From assembly GCA_051313645.2 (NCBI GenBank), contig JBNRSN020000007.1, positions 234,980,001 to 235,044,000 of the forward strand: a DNA stretch of 64,000 nucleotides, given 5' to 3'. Below the pieces are notes generated by a model. It was not told the origin of the DNA. It searched no databases and saw only the letters and a list, made by a program, of their open reading frames with translations. Every line of letters begins with the position of its first letter. Position 1 is the first letter of the stretch. The DNA comes from Centroscyllium fabricii (Eukaryota). The position numbers were made by a program, and so were the translations under genes. Positions 23,066 to 35,781 of this stretch are shown here, piece by piece.

Positions 23066-26000
23066 TGACGTATCGTCAATAATACTCAAAGACGAATAGT
23101 GACCTTAACTAAAGGCTTTTATTAACTATAAATGGAGCTGGTCTTCGGACGAGATCAGGATGGTGAGTGAATGGGAAATGGTGAGCGCCCACCTATGTAC
23201 TCCGACCTGAGGGGAGGAGTTAGGTGTGGGGCCGTTCCTGTCGTCAGGTATTTACAGATATGTACAGGTGCAGGCTCAGTAATGCCGTCAGGTCATTACT
23301 GCTGTAAACATTATATACAGTTGGTAAATATACGTTTACCACATTCACCCCTTCTTTAAAAATGAGTCCTGCGGGGTGAATGTATGTTAAAACAGTTGGT
23401 CATTTAACATTCCGCGATCAGTCTCTCCGGTGGCCTTGTCTGCCAGAGGGACCGACGGGGTGCCGGTGCTGGCGGTTCCGCCCGCGGGGTCGGGGGTGTG
23501 TCATCCCCCAGTGGTGCCAGCAGCGCGCTGTCCGTCCTCCACTCATCAGCCAGTGATGTCGAGGGCCCCGGTGTGTGTGTGTATGGGGGCCAGTGTTCGG
23601 TGGGTGGTAGCTGAGGCTCCACCGGGGGTTCCATGGTCGTGATCCCGGCGGGAGCCAGGTCCCTGATTGAGACCATGTCTTCGCGCCCGTCCGGGTATGC
23701 CACGTAAGCATATTGCGGGTGGCGTGGAGCAGGTGCACCCGTTCCACCAGGGGGTCCGTCTTGTGGCCGCGGACATGCTTCCTAAGCAAGACTGGCCCCG
23801 GGGTGGTCAGCCACAGTGGGAGTGTTGTTCCCGAAGTTGATTTCCTAGGGAAGGAAAACAGTCGTTCGTGAGGTGTGGCATTGGTAGTGGTGCACAGCAG
23901 AGAGCGGATAAAATGGAGCGCGTCGGGGAGGACCTGCTGCCAACGGAAGACTGGAAGGCCTCTGGACTTCAGGGCCAGGGTGACCGCCTTCCAGATCGTC
24001 CCCTTCTCCCTTTCTACCTGGCCGTTCCCCCGGGGGTTGTAACTGGTTGTTCTGCTCGAGGCAATCCCCCTCTGGAGCAGAAACTGACGTAGTTCGTCGC
24101 TCATAATTGACGACCCCCGGTCGCTGTGGATGTAGCTGGGGAGACCGAAAATGGCGAAGAGCATGGTGAAGTGTTTGATCACCGTTGTGCTCATCATATC
24201 TGGGCAGGGGAAGGCAAAGGGGAAGCGGGAGAACTCGTCGATGACCGTCAGGAAATACGTGTTGCGGTCAGTGGAGGGGAGGGGACCTTTGAAGTCCACA
24301 CTCAGGCGCTCGAAGGGGCGGGTGGCCTTGATGAGGTGCACCCTGTCTGGCCTGTAAAATTGGGGGTTGCATTCAGCACAGACAGAGCATTCTTTGGTCA
24401 TAGCCTTAATCTCCGAGATGGAGTAGGGGAGGCTACGGGACGTCACAAAGTGGGCGAGTCTGGTGACACCCGGGTGGCAGAGGTTGTCGTGGAGGGCCTG
24501 CAGCTGGTCAAGCTGGGCGCTGGCGCACGTTCCCCTGACAGAGCGTCCGGGGGCTCGTTGAGCTTACCTGGCTGGTAAAGTATGTCGTACTCGTAAGTCG
24601 AGAGCTCGATCCGCCACCGAAGGATCTTGTCGTTCTTAATTTTACCCCGCTGTTTATTGTTAAACATAAACACCACCGACTGTTGGTCGGTGAGCAGGGT
24701 AAATCTCTTGCTGACCAGATAGTGGTGCCAGTAGCGCACTGCCTCCACGATAGCCTGGGCCTCCTTTTCCACTGCGGAGTGGCGAATTTTGGGTCCCTGT
24801 AGGGTCCGGGAGAAGAACGCTACGGGCCTGCCCGCCTGGATGAGGGTGGCGGCGAGGGCAAAGTCCGATGCGTCGCTTTCCACCTGGAAAGGGATGGACT
24901 CATCAACGGCGTGCATGGTCGCCTTGATGATGTCTTTCTTGATATGGGCGAATGCCATTTGGGCTTCTGCCGGGAGTGGGAAGACATCAGCCTTGAGCAG
25001 AGGTCTGGCCTTATCTGCATACTGGGGAACCCATTGTGCGTAATAGGAGAAAAGCCCCAGAGATCTCTTCAGGGCTTTGAGGTTGTGAGGTAAGGGCAGC
25101 TCCTGCAGGTGACGCATACGCTGGGGATCGGGGCCGTGGACCCCGTTTTCCACCACGTAGCCGAGGATGGTGAGCCGGTCCATACTAAAGACACATTTGT
25201 CCTTATTGTACTTCAGGTTCAACCGTTGGGCTGTGCGAAGGAATTTGGCGAGGATGGCATCGTGGTCCTGCTGGTCATGGCCGCAGATGGTTATGTTGTC
25301 CAGGTAGGGGAAAGTGGCCTGCAACTCGTTCTGGTCAACCATCTGGTCCATCTCCTGTTGGAAGACCGACACTCCATTGGTCACGCCGAAGGGAACCCGG
25401 AGGAAGTGGTAGAGCCGACCGTTCGCCTCAAAGGCGGTGTACCGGCGGTCGGAATTCCGGATGGGGAGCTGGTGATACGCCGACTTGAGGTCAATCGTGG
25501 AGAAGACCCTGTACTGGGCGATCTGGTTTACCATACCCGAGATGCGGAGGAGGGGGGTAAGCATCGAGCCCGTGTAGCGGTTAATCGTCTGGCTATAGTC
25601 GATGGCCATGCACAGTTTTTCGCCTGTCTTAACCACCACGACCTGGGCCCTCCAGGGGCTGGTGCTGGCCTCAATGATCCCTTCCTTTAGCATGCGCTTG
25701 ACCTCCGACCTGATAAACGCCCGGTCCCCTGCACTGTATCGCCGACTCTTGGTCGCAATGGGTTTGCACTTGGGGTCGAGGTTGGTGAACAGCGAGGAGG
25801 GGGGTCGACTTTCAGTGTGGACAGGCCGCAAGTCGAGCGCCGCGTTAGGTTGGGATCATCCCGGCTACAGATGGTGAGGGGGGCCAGGGACTCCCCGAAT
25901 GCCATCGTCCCGCTCTTCAGGTGACACTGGAAGTCCAGTCCCAGTAATACAGGGGAGCAAAGCTGTGGGAGAATGTACAGCTTAAAGTTGTGGTAAATGC

Positions 26001-27365
26001 GGTCCCTGATGGTGAGCGTGACACTGCAGTAGCCGGTGATGTCTGCTGTGTGGGACTTTGAGGCTAGGGAGATTTGGTAATGTGTGGGCTGGGTCTGCAG
26101 TGCGTAGCGCTGCACGGGGTCAGGATGAATAAAGCTCTCTGTGCTACCTGTGTCGAACAGGCAGTTAGTGGCGTGCCCCTCCACCTTGATCCCCATCATA
26201 GAGTTGGACAAGGCGTGCGGCCTGGCCTGATTGACTGTGGCTGAGGCCGATGTTGTGTGTGTGTGGGGGCCCTCCGCTAGCTCGGGCCCCAGCTGGGGCG
26301 AATGGCAAGATGGCCGCACTGAAGATGGCGGCGCCGGTGATTCACCAGTTACTGGCTGTTGTTGCGGCAAAGATGGCGGCGCCCGTGATTCGCACGCGGC
26401 TGACCGCTGTGAGTAAGATGGCGGCGCCCGTGGTTCGCACACGGCTGACCGCTGTGGGTAAGATGGCGGCACCCGTGGTTCGCACGCGGCTGACCGCTGA
26501 GGGTAAGATGGCGGCGCCCATGGTTCGCACGCGGCTGGTCGCGACTGTGCCGAAGATGGCGGCGCTGGTGGGTCGCACATGGCCGGCCACGGTTGCGCTG
26601 AAGATGGCGGTGCTGGTGGAACGCACATGGCCGACCGCAGTCGCGCTGGCCGCCGCCATAATTTCAACAGGGATGCTTTTAACAGGGATGGCGGCGCCCG
26701 TGGTTTTCACGCGGCTGACCGCTGCTGGGTCGCGCTGCAGCACCGTACCTCTGGCCACAGAGTGGCATCGTTGGCTTCGCAGGCCGCGCTGTTGGGCCGT
26801 GAGGTCAGGCTGGTCTTGCAGGCCTTAGCGAAGTGGCCCTTCTTCCCATACCTCGCGCAGGTCGCGCTCTTCTCGGGGCACAGCTCCCGAGGGTGTTTCG
26901 CCTGGCTGCAGAAGTAGCACTTGGACCCCGCCGGCGTCTTCGCAGCTGCCGCTGCCGTCGTTGGGGCTTCGGCCCGTGTCTGCGGCGCCCAGAGGTTAGG
27001 TTAGCCCGCGTGGGAGTTATTGTCCCCATAACGTCCATGCGCTTGAGCGCCCCATCCACCACATTAGATAGTGTAATGGCGGATTCGAGCGATAGTGTCT
27101 CTTGTTCCAGCTGCCGTTGGCGGGCCTGGCTGGACCCGAGTCCTGCTACATACGTGTCGCGGCCCAGTTGATTGGTGTTTTCTTCTGCCGTCACTGCCTG
27201 GCAGTCGCAGGCCCGTACGAGGGCTTGGAGCGCTAGCAAGAATTCTTCGGTGGACTCACCCAGCCGTTGCCTTCTGGTCGCCAATATATGCCTGGCGTAG
27301 ACCGAGTGGACCGGGCGCATATAGCTGTCCTTCAGTTACTTGGCAGCTTCTGCATACGTCTTGAT
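23066..27365 (-). mobile_element. Nested Gypsy, minus strand, 5' LTR and gag N-terminus lost
   Basis: 3' LTR 23066-23343, PPT at 23344; integrase (SVDFKGP, HSDRGS, GNGQVER) 23418-24446; RT/RNase H 24443-25831 with YLDN; protease LFDTGS; gag remnant to about 27365. Confidence 0.9.
26307..26735. repeat. Tandem array of ~45-bp units in the gag-protease linker
   Basis: Unit AAGATGGCGGCGCCCGTGGTTCGCACGCGGCTGACCGCTGTGGGT, encoding PPSYPQRSAACEPRA repeats on the minus strand; homologous array at about 28500-28730. Confidence 0.85.
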
Positions 27366-30300
27366 GCGTACGGAGACCACAGCCCACACGATACCCCTGA
27401 CCCCTGGGCGACACAGAGACTGGCCGAGACCCCCACAATGGCAGCTGGCTACTTCTGCGGCCAAGGGAAGCACCCGCGGGCGCAGTGCCCCGCGAGGAAC
27501 GCAACCTGCGAGCAGTGCGCGAAGAGGGGGCACTATGCGAAGTCCAGCCCAGCCCACCCTCCACCTCCAGACCCAACAGCGCGGCCTGTAAGAACAGCGA
27601 TGCCACACCATGGCCCAAGGTACGGTGTTCATAGAATCATAGAATCATAGAATCATAGAAGATAGGAGCAGGAGTAGGCCATTCAGCCCTTCGAGCCTGC
27701 TCCGCCATTCAATGAGATCATGGCTGATCTTTAGCAAGCTAGTACCCCGTCCCCGCCTTTTCTCCATAACCTTTAATCCCTTTAGCTTGAAGAAATATAT
27801 CCAATTCCCTCTTGAATATGTTTAATGAACTGGCCTCCACCGCCCTCTGTGGCAGGGAATTCCACAGGCCCACCACTCTCTGAGTGAAGAAATTCTTCCT
27901 CATGTCTGTCCTAAATGGTTTACCCGTTATCCTTAGACTGTGGCCCCTGGTTCTGGACTCCCCCGCCATTGGAAACATTCTCTCTGAATCTAACCTGTCC
28001 AGACCTTTCAGAATTTTATACGTCTCAATGAGATCGCCTCTCAATCTTCTAAACTCCAACGAGTACAAGCCCAGACTACACAATCTCTCCTCGTAGGTCA
28101 TTCCTGCCATTCCAGGAATCAGCCTGGTGAAACGCCGCTGCACTCCTTCCATCGCAAGAACATCCTTCCTCAGGCGAGGCGACCAGAACTGTACACAATA
28201 CTCGAGGTGTGGTCTCACCAGTGCCTTTTACAGCTGCAGTAAGGTATCCTTATTCCTATACTCGAACCCTCTTGATATGAAGGCCAACATACCATTTGCC
28301 GTCCTAACCGCCTGCTGCACCTGCGTGCTCGCCTTCAGCGACTGGTGCACAAGAACACCCAGGTCTCTCTGCACCTCTGCACCTCCCCAGCAGCGGTCAG
28401 CCGGGGGTAAATCGCGGGCACCTCAATCCCATTTAACTATAAGGCGGAGGCTGGCCGCGTGCGAGGCACATGCGCCGCCACTCCAAACATGACCGCGACC
28501 GGCCATGTGCGACCCCCTGGCGCCGCAATCTTCTCTACCGCGGTCGGCCGCGTGTGAACCACAGGCGCCACCATCTTGTTCACCGTGGTCGGGCGCATGC
28601 GAACCACGGGCGCCGCCATCTTATCCACAGCGGTCGGCCGCGTGTGAACCACGGGAGCCGCCATCTTGTCCACAGCAGCCGGACACAGGTGCATTGCCAG
28701 CGCCGCCATCTTCTGAGCGGCCATCTTGCCAACTGCCCCGGCCGGGGCCCCAGCTAGCGGAGGGCCCCCACTCTCACACATACACTTCGGCCTCAGCCAC
28801 TGTCGATCAGGCTAGGCCGCACACCTTGTCCAACTCCATGATGGGGATTAAGGTGGACAGGCACGTCACTAACTGCCTGTTCGACACCGGTAGCACAGAG
28901 AGCTTTATATATCCCGACACAGTGCGGCGCTACGCACTGCAGACCCAGCCCACGCACTACTAAGTCTCCCTTGCCTCAAAGTCCCACACGACGGACGTCA
29001 CTGGCTACTGCAGCATCACGCGCATGATCAGGGACTGCATTTACCGCAACTTTAAGTTGTACGTACTCCAGCAGCTGTGCGCCCCAGTCTTACTGGGACT
29101 GGATTTCCAGTGTCACCTGAAGAGCGTGACGATCGATTTCCGTGGAACCCTGGCCCCCATCACCGTCAGTAGCCGGGACAATCCCAACTTAACGCGGAGC
29201 TTGACTTGCGGCCTGTCCACATTAAAAGTCGACCACCCCTCACTGTTCGCCAATCTCGACCCCAAATGCAAGCCCATTGCTACCAAAAGTCGGCGTGACA
29301 GTGCAGGGGACCGGGCGTTTATCAGGTCGGAGGTCGAGCGCATGCAGAAAGAAGGGATCATTGAGGCCAGCACCAGCCCCTGGCAGGCCCAGGTCGTGGT
29401 GGTTGAGACAGGCGAGAAACTACGCATGGTCATCGACTATAGCTAGATGATTAACCGCTACACCGGGCTCGACGCCTACCCCCTCCCCCGCATCTCGGAT
29501 ATGGTACACCAGATCGCCCAGTACAAGGTCTTTTCCACAATCGCCCTCAAGTCGGCGTATCACCAACTCCCCATCCGGAAAGCCGACCGCCAGTACACCG
29601 CCTTCGAGGCGATCGGCCGGCTCTACCACTTCCTCTGGGTCCCCTTCGGTGTGACCAACGGGGTGTCGGTGTTCCAGAGGGAGATGGACCGCATGGTTGA
29701 CCAGAACGGGTTGCAGGCCACCTTCCCCTACTTGGACAACGTGACCATCTGCGGCCATGACCAGCCGGACCACGATGCCAACCTCGCCAAATTCCTGCAC
29801 ACGGCGAAACGGCTGGACCTCATGTACAATAAAGACAAGTGTGTCTTTAGTATGGATCGGCTCGCTATCCTCGGAAATGTGGTGGAAAACGGGATCCTCG
29901 GCCCCCACCCACAGCGTATGCGCCCCTTGCAAGAGCTGCCCTTACCTCACAACCCCAAAGCCCTGAGGAGATGTCTAGGGTTCTTTTCTATTACGCGCAA
30001 TGGGTCCCCCAGTACGCAGATAAGGCCAGACCTCTCCTCAAGGCTGACATCTTCCCCCTCTCGGAAGAAGCCCAAACGGCATTCGCTCGGATTAAGGAAG
30101 ACATCATCAAGGCGACCATGCACGCCGTTGATGAGTCCATCCCTTTCCAGGTGGAGAGTGACGCTTCGGACTTCGCCCTTGCAGCCACCCTGAACCAGGC
30201 AGGCAGGCCCGTAGTGTATTTCTCCCGGACCCTACAGGGACCCGAAACTCGCCACTCACCAGTGGAAAAGGAGGCCCAGGCCATCGTGGAGGCAGTGCGC

Positions 30301-31974
30301 TACTGGCGTCATTACCTGGCCGGTAAGCATTTTACCCTGCTCACTGACCAACGGTCGGTGGCGTTTATGTTTAATAATAAACAACGGGGTAAGATCAAGA
30401 ATGATAAGATCCTGCGGTGGCGGATCGAACTCTCAACTTACGAGTACGACATTCTTTACCGGCCAGGAACGTGCGCCAGCACCCAGCTTGACCGGCTGAA
30501 GGCCCTCCACGATCGCGTCTGCCACCCGGGTGTCACCAGACTCGCCCACTTCGTCAAATCCCGTAGTCTCCCCTACTCCATCACGGAGATAAAGGCTATG
30601 ACAAAGGACTGCCCTGTCTGCGGCGAGTGCAAACCCCAATTCTACAGGCCAGACATGGCGCACGTCATCAAGGCCACCCGCCCTTTGAACGCCTGAGCGT
30701 GGACTTCAAAGGCCCTCTCCCCTGCACTGACCGCAACTCGTATTTCCTCACGGTCATAGACGAGTTCTCACGCTTCCCCTTTGCCTTCCCCTGCCCAGAT
30801 ATGACGAGCGCAACGGTGATCAAACACTTCACCATGCTGTTCGCCATTTTCGGTCTCCCCAGCTACATCCATAGCGACCACGGGTCGTCGTTCATGAGTG
30901 ATGAACTGCGTCAGTTTTTGCTTCAGAAAGGGGTTGCCTCAAGCAGAACGACCAGTTACAACCCCTGGGGGAACGGCCAGGTAGAAAGGGAGAACAGGAC
31001 CAACTGGAAGGCGGTCAACCTGGGCCTGAAGTCCAGAGGCCTTCCAGTTTCCCGTTGGCAGGAGGTCCTCCCCGACGCGCTCCATGCCATTCGCTCTCTG
31101 TTGTGTACCGCTACTAACTCAACACCTCATGACCTGTTATTTTCATTCCCCAGGAAGTCGACTTCGGGGACAGCACTGCCGCTGTGGCTCACAGCGCAGG
31201 GGCCGGTGTTGCTTAGGAAACACGTCCGCGGCCACAAGACCGACCCCCTGGTGGAACGGGTGCACCTGCTCCACGCCAACCCGCAGTATGCTTACGTGAC
31301 ATTCTCAGACAGGCGCGAGGATACGGTCTCGATCAGGGATCTGGCGCCCGCCGGGAGCACTAGGGCAGAACCCCCGGTTGAGCCTCAGCCCGACCAGCCA
31401 CCACCCACCGAATACTGGCTTCCATACATACACACACCGGGGCCCTCAACACCACCGATCAACGACCCGGGATCGGACACTGCACCGCCGGCACCGTTGG
31501 CGGAGAGCTCGATCCCGGCCCTGCAACCGGCACCACCGCCATTACTGGCACCCCGGCGGTCCTCCAGTCAGTCTCGACCGCCGGAGAGACTAATAGCGCA
31601 ATGCTGATTGCGTATAATGGACATATTGATTTTTTTTTTCTCCTCTCTCTTCCTCTCACCAGAAGGCACGTTCACCCCGCCGGACTTGTTTTTAAAGAAG
31701 GGGTGAATGTGGTAATCGTGTATTACCATTGTATATAGTGATGTGCTCACCTTACCATTGTATATAGTTGATGTGCTCACCTTGACATTGTATGCTAGGC
31801 CAGGTCAGCCACACCCCTAACTCCTCCCCTCAGGTCGGAGCATATAGCTGAGGGCTGCCCTGCCCCCGCTCACTCTCGCCCTGAACTTGACAGGAGACTA
31901 GCTCCATTGTAAGTGAATAAAAGCCTATAGTTTGGGTAACTACTCGTCTTTTGCATTTGATTGACGATACATCA
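27361..31974 (+). mobile_element. Nested Gypsy, plus strand, 5' LTR and most of gag lost
   Basis: CCHC knuckle near 27450-27540, protease LFDTGS, RT with YLDN (29729-29740), RNase H, integrase 30627-31607, PPT to 31707, 3' LTR 31708-31974 (TGTGG...CATCA). Confidence 0.9.
27631..28380 (-). mobile_element. CR1/HER1 LINE 3' end inserted in the plus-strand Gypsy
   Basis: Open ORF2 C-terminus [13 protein letters not shown]...RKNFFTQRVVGLWNSLP; (ATTCTATG)n tail at 27631-27660. Confidence 0.9.
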
Positions 31975-33403
31975 TCCAGGTACGGGACTGTGGCCTGCAG
32001 CCCGTTCTGGTCAACTATTCGGTCCAGCTCCCGCTGGAAGACCGAGACCCCATTGGTGATGCCGAAGGGGACCCTAAGGAAGTGGTAGAGGCGGCCATCC
32101 GCCTCAAAGGCAGAGTACTGGTGGTCCTCCGGGCGGATAGGGAGTTGGCGGTACGCGGACTTTAAGACGATTGTGGAGAATACCCGGTGCTGTGCAATCT
32201 GATTGACCATGTCAGATATGCGGGGAAGGGGGTTTGCGCCCAGCTGCGTATATCGGTTGATGGTCTGGCTATAGTCAATGAGCAGGCAGTGTTTCTCACC
32301 GGTCTTGACGACCACCATTTGGGCTCTCCAGGGGCTCGTGCTAGCCTCAATGATCCCCTCCTTCAGGAGCTGTTGCACCTCTGATTTGATAAACATTCTG
32401 TCCCCAGCATTGTATCACCTACTCTTGGTGGCGACGGGCTTACAGTCTGGGGTAAGGTTAGCGAACAGCGGGGGAGTGGTGACGTAAGATTCGAGAGGCT
32501 GCAGATGGTGCGTGGTGGCCGATTTAAAGGCTGTTGGTTGTAGACAGTGGGGGAGGGGGTGATGGTGCGTGGTGGGCGATTTTAAATACTGCTGGCTGCA
32601 GACAGTGAGAGGGGGAAGGGGCCCATCGTACTCCATTGTGACACTTTTAAGGTGGCATTGGAAATCTAGCCCCAGTAGCACGGCAGCGCAGAGCAGTGCT
32701 AGAATGAGGAGGTTGAAATCTTTGTACTCCGTGCCCCTCACAGTCAGGGTCACTACACAGTAGCCGCCGACATCCGCTGTATGGAACTTGGAGGCCATAG
32801 AGTTCTTTTGGCTTGCTGGCATTACTGGGAGGGAGTAGCGCCGCACTGTGTTGGGGTGGACAAAGCTCTCCGTGCTCCCGCAGTCAAACAGGCAGTTCAT
32901 ATCGCGGCCGTTTACCTTAATGTTCATCATGGACCTGGCGAGTTGGTGAGGCCTGGATTGATCCAGGGTGATGGAGGCCAGCGTTAAGTTTGTTGGGTCA
33001 CTGTCGTACTCAGTTGAGGCGGTGGGGGAAGTCAGGGGCCTGATCCAAAAATGGCGGCCTGCACGGCTCACGTGGCAGATGGCGTCCAAGATGGCAGCCC
33101 CCATGGCCCACACGCGGCGCTGCTGGAGTTGGAGGTCGATTTGGCCTTGCACACCTTAGCGTAGTGCCCCTTCTTACAGCAACTGGAGCAGATGGCATCC
33201 TTTGCCAGGCAGCGTTGTCTGAGGTGCTTGGCCTGGCCGCAGAAGTAGCACTTCAGGCCCCTGGACATTGCAGCTGTAGTCGGGTCGCTGGTGGGTCACA
33301 GGCCTCTGGACATCGCGGCTGTAGTCGGGTCGCTGGTGGGTCACGGCGGTGGCGGCGTGGCGCAGGCTGGCGGCACTCCTGAGTCCCAAGGTGGCGGCGC
33401 CCG

Positions 33404-33639
33404 TGTGGTAATCGTGTAATAACCACTGTAAATAGTTGCTGGTTCACCTGTACTGTTTGCAGGCCAGGTCAGCCACACCCCTAACTCCTCCCCTCAGGTC
33501 GGAGTATATAGGTGAGTGCCGCCCTGCCCCCACTCATTCTTCACCTTGACATCATCAGGAGACCAGCTCCATTCTTAGTTAATAAAAGCCTGTAGTTTAG
33601 GTAACTACTCGTCTTTGTGTATTAATTGACGATACATCA
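33404..33639 (+). mobile_element. Solo LTR related to 31708-31974, inside the outer gag
   Basis: TGTGGTAATC...GATACATCA; no short TSD, but flanked by a 127-bp direct duplication. Confidence 0.85.
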
Positions 33640-35781
33640 ATAGTCGGGTCGCTGGTGGGTCGCAGGCCTCTGGACATCGCGGCTGTAGTCGGGTCGCTGG
33701 TGGCTCGCAGCGGTGGCGGCGTGGCACAGGCTTGCGGCCCTCCCGAGTCCCAAGATGGTGGCGCCCGCGACATCTACGATGTGGCCACGTCGTCAGGGGA
33801 GTAGGCGTGCATGTTTTGGTGGGCTACGTCCAGTGAGTCAGCGAGGATCACAGCCTTCTGCAGGTCGAGTCCACTCTGTTCTAACAGTCTCTGCCAGGTG
33901 TAGCTGGACCTGATGCCGGCGCCATAGGCATCCCAGATTAAGTCCTCCGTGTTTTCTGTGGCTATCACCGCTTTGCACTGACAGGCCCAACCGAGGACTC
34001 TCAGTGCCCTTAGATATTCGTCGCCCGACTCCCCGGGTCGCTGCTTGTAGGTAGCCAGGTGGTGTCTGGCGTAGACCTCATTGACCATTTTAGTATATTG
34101 ACTTTTCAGGAGTTTGATCGCGCCCGTATAGGATTTAGCGTCTCTGATCATCGAATACACTTGGTGGCTCACCCGGGAGTTGAGTACAAGCAACTTGTCG
34201 GCATCGGACTTGACGGTAGCGGTGGAGGCCTGCAGGAATGCTTCGAAGCAGCTCAGCCAATGCTCGAAATTGTTGGAGGCATCCGCTGATTGAGGATCCA
34301 GTTCTAGCCATTCAGGCTTCAATCTTTGCTCCATAGTAAACATTTAGTGAATAAAATTGATGCGCTATCAATAACTCCAAAAGACTAGAAGTTAAACAAG
34401 TAACAAATAGGCTTTTATTCACTAAAGAATGAGAGCATGCCTCTGCTGATCAACTGGTCCAGGACTGAAGGGGGATGGGAAACAGCCACCTTTATACCTG
34501 GGCCTGAGGGAGGAGCCACAGGCGGAGTCAGCAGGGGCATGTCCAGCCAGGTTACATACATCAGGTAAGAGTGAACTATAATACAACAACAGTGGTTTAC
34601 CACACTATGTAAATAAGAATTGCTGTTCAGGCCTCCAAAATTATCTTGTATCCTTAACAGAAAACCAGTCCTGGGACTGTTGAATCAGACTAGATGTCAC
34701 TGTATTTGAATAAACATGTTTAACAATGATAAACAGTTACAATTGCAAGAAAAAACAACATGGAACCACATCGTAATTGCCTCAGTACAAACTTGCCTCG
34801 GTGTCTCCTTTGCCTTGCTGTATGCAAGTTAAATGTTAAACCAGCTTAGTGCCCTTGTATATTTTAAAATATGTGTGATAATTTTTAATATATTTTTGTG
34901 GCAGAGATTCTGAATGAAATGTTACATTTGTGACTGTATTCCAGACATGCTGGGTAGATGGAATTCTACCCTTGTTTCACTAACATGAAACAGAATTTTT
35001 ATGGAATAATAATTAGTGCTAATCATTAACAGACTGGCTATGAAGGAAAGAAAATTGTAGACATAATTCTTTTGAAATTTAAACTAATCTTTGTAAAACA
35101 AATTCCTGGTTGCTATGGCAGAGTCTATTTAGTTGTTGAAATAAACCACTATTATATATCATAGACATATCATAAAGATGTTATCAATGGAAACTCTTAA
35201 CAAAAGTGTCGATCTTTGGCTCACACCAAATGCTAATAGTAGCTTGACTTGGATCACATCCATCCTTATACATTGGAGTCTTCTTAAGATCATGTTTTAT
35301 TTGGCAGAGGAATTTAATGACCTCAAGGGTTAATAGATGTACAGCGTTAATCTTAACCAAGAAAATTTACATTTCAGTGAATGGAAACTTGTTCAGGTGG
35401 ACACTTTTCTAGGTGTGCAATTTGTTCTCTGTTTCAGACCCATTTGCTGCCCTTTCACCTATGCACTCATTGCCTTCAGTTAGTAATGTAAGTTAGTCAA
35501 ACTAATGCCCTTCATAACTGCTATGAGTGCTCCTCTATTTTGGATGAAAGAAGTCATGGAATAAAATAGGTTTCTCTGACTTTAAAATAAAAATCTCAGA
35601 TGGAGCAGTCCACTAAGGTGAGACCTCATACTTGGCAGCTGAACAAGAAAATGGCATTACTTTTTCCCACAGAGTACATGAAAAATCTTGGACCTGTAGC
35701 AGGATTGTTCTTTTCAGAGTTAATCTTGCGTGGGCTCTGCTGTGCTTTGTTTTTACACATAGGCCAGTACCGATGTTGAAA

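Larger units (their letters stand above)
20970..34604 (-). mobile_element. Outer Gypsy LTR retrotransposon, decayed, hosting nested insertions
   Basis: Near-identical LTRs 34358-34604 (5') and 20970-21219 (3'); TSD CTATG at 20965-20969 and 34605-34609; gag 33774-34343, CCHC knuckle near 33170-33250, protease LFDCGS, RT up to YLD at 31975, RNase H and integrase 21271-23065; PPT at 21220-21232. Confidence 0.9.

Noticed and set aside
26307-26735. CRISPR-like array
   Set aside because: The units are contiguous degenerate tandem repeats with no unique spacers, inside a eukaryotic retrotransposon coding region.
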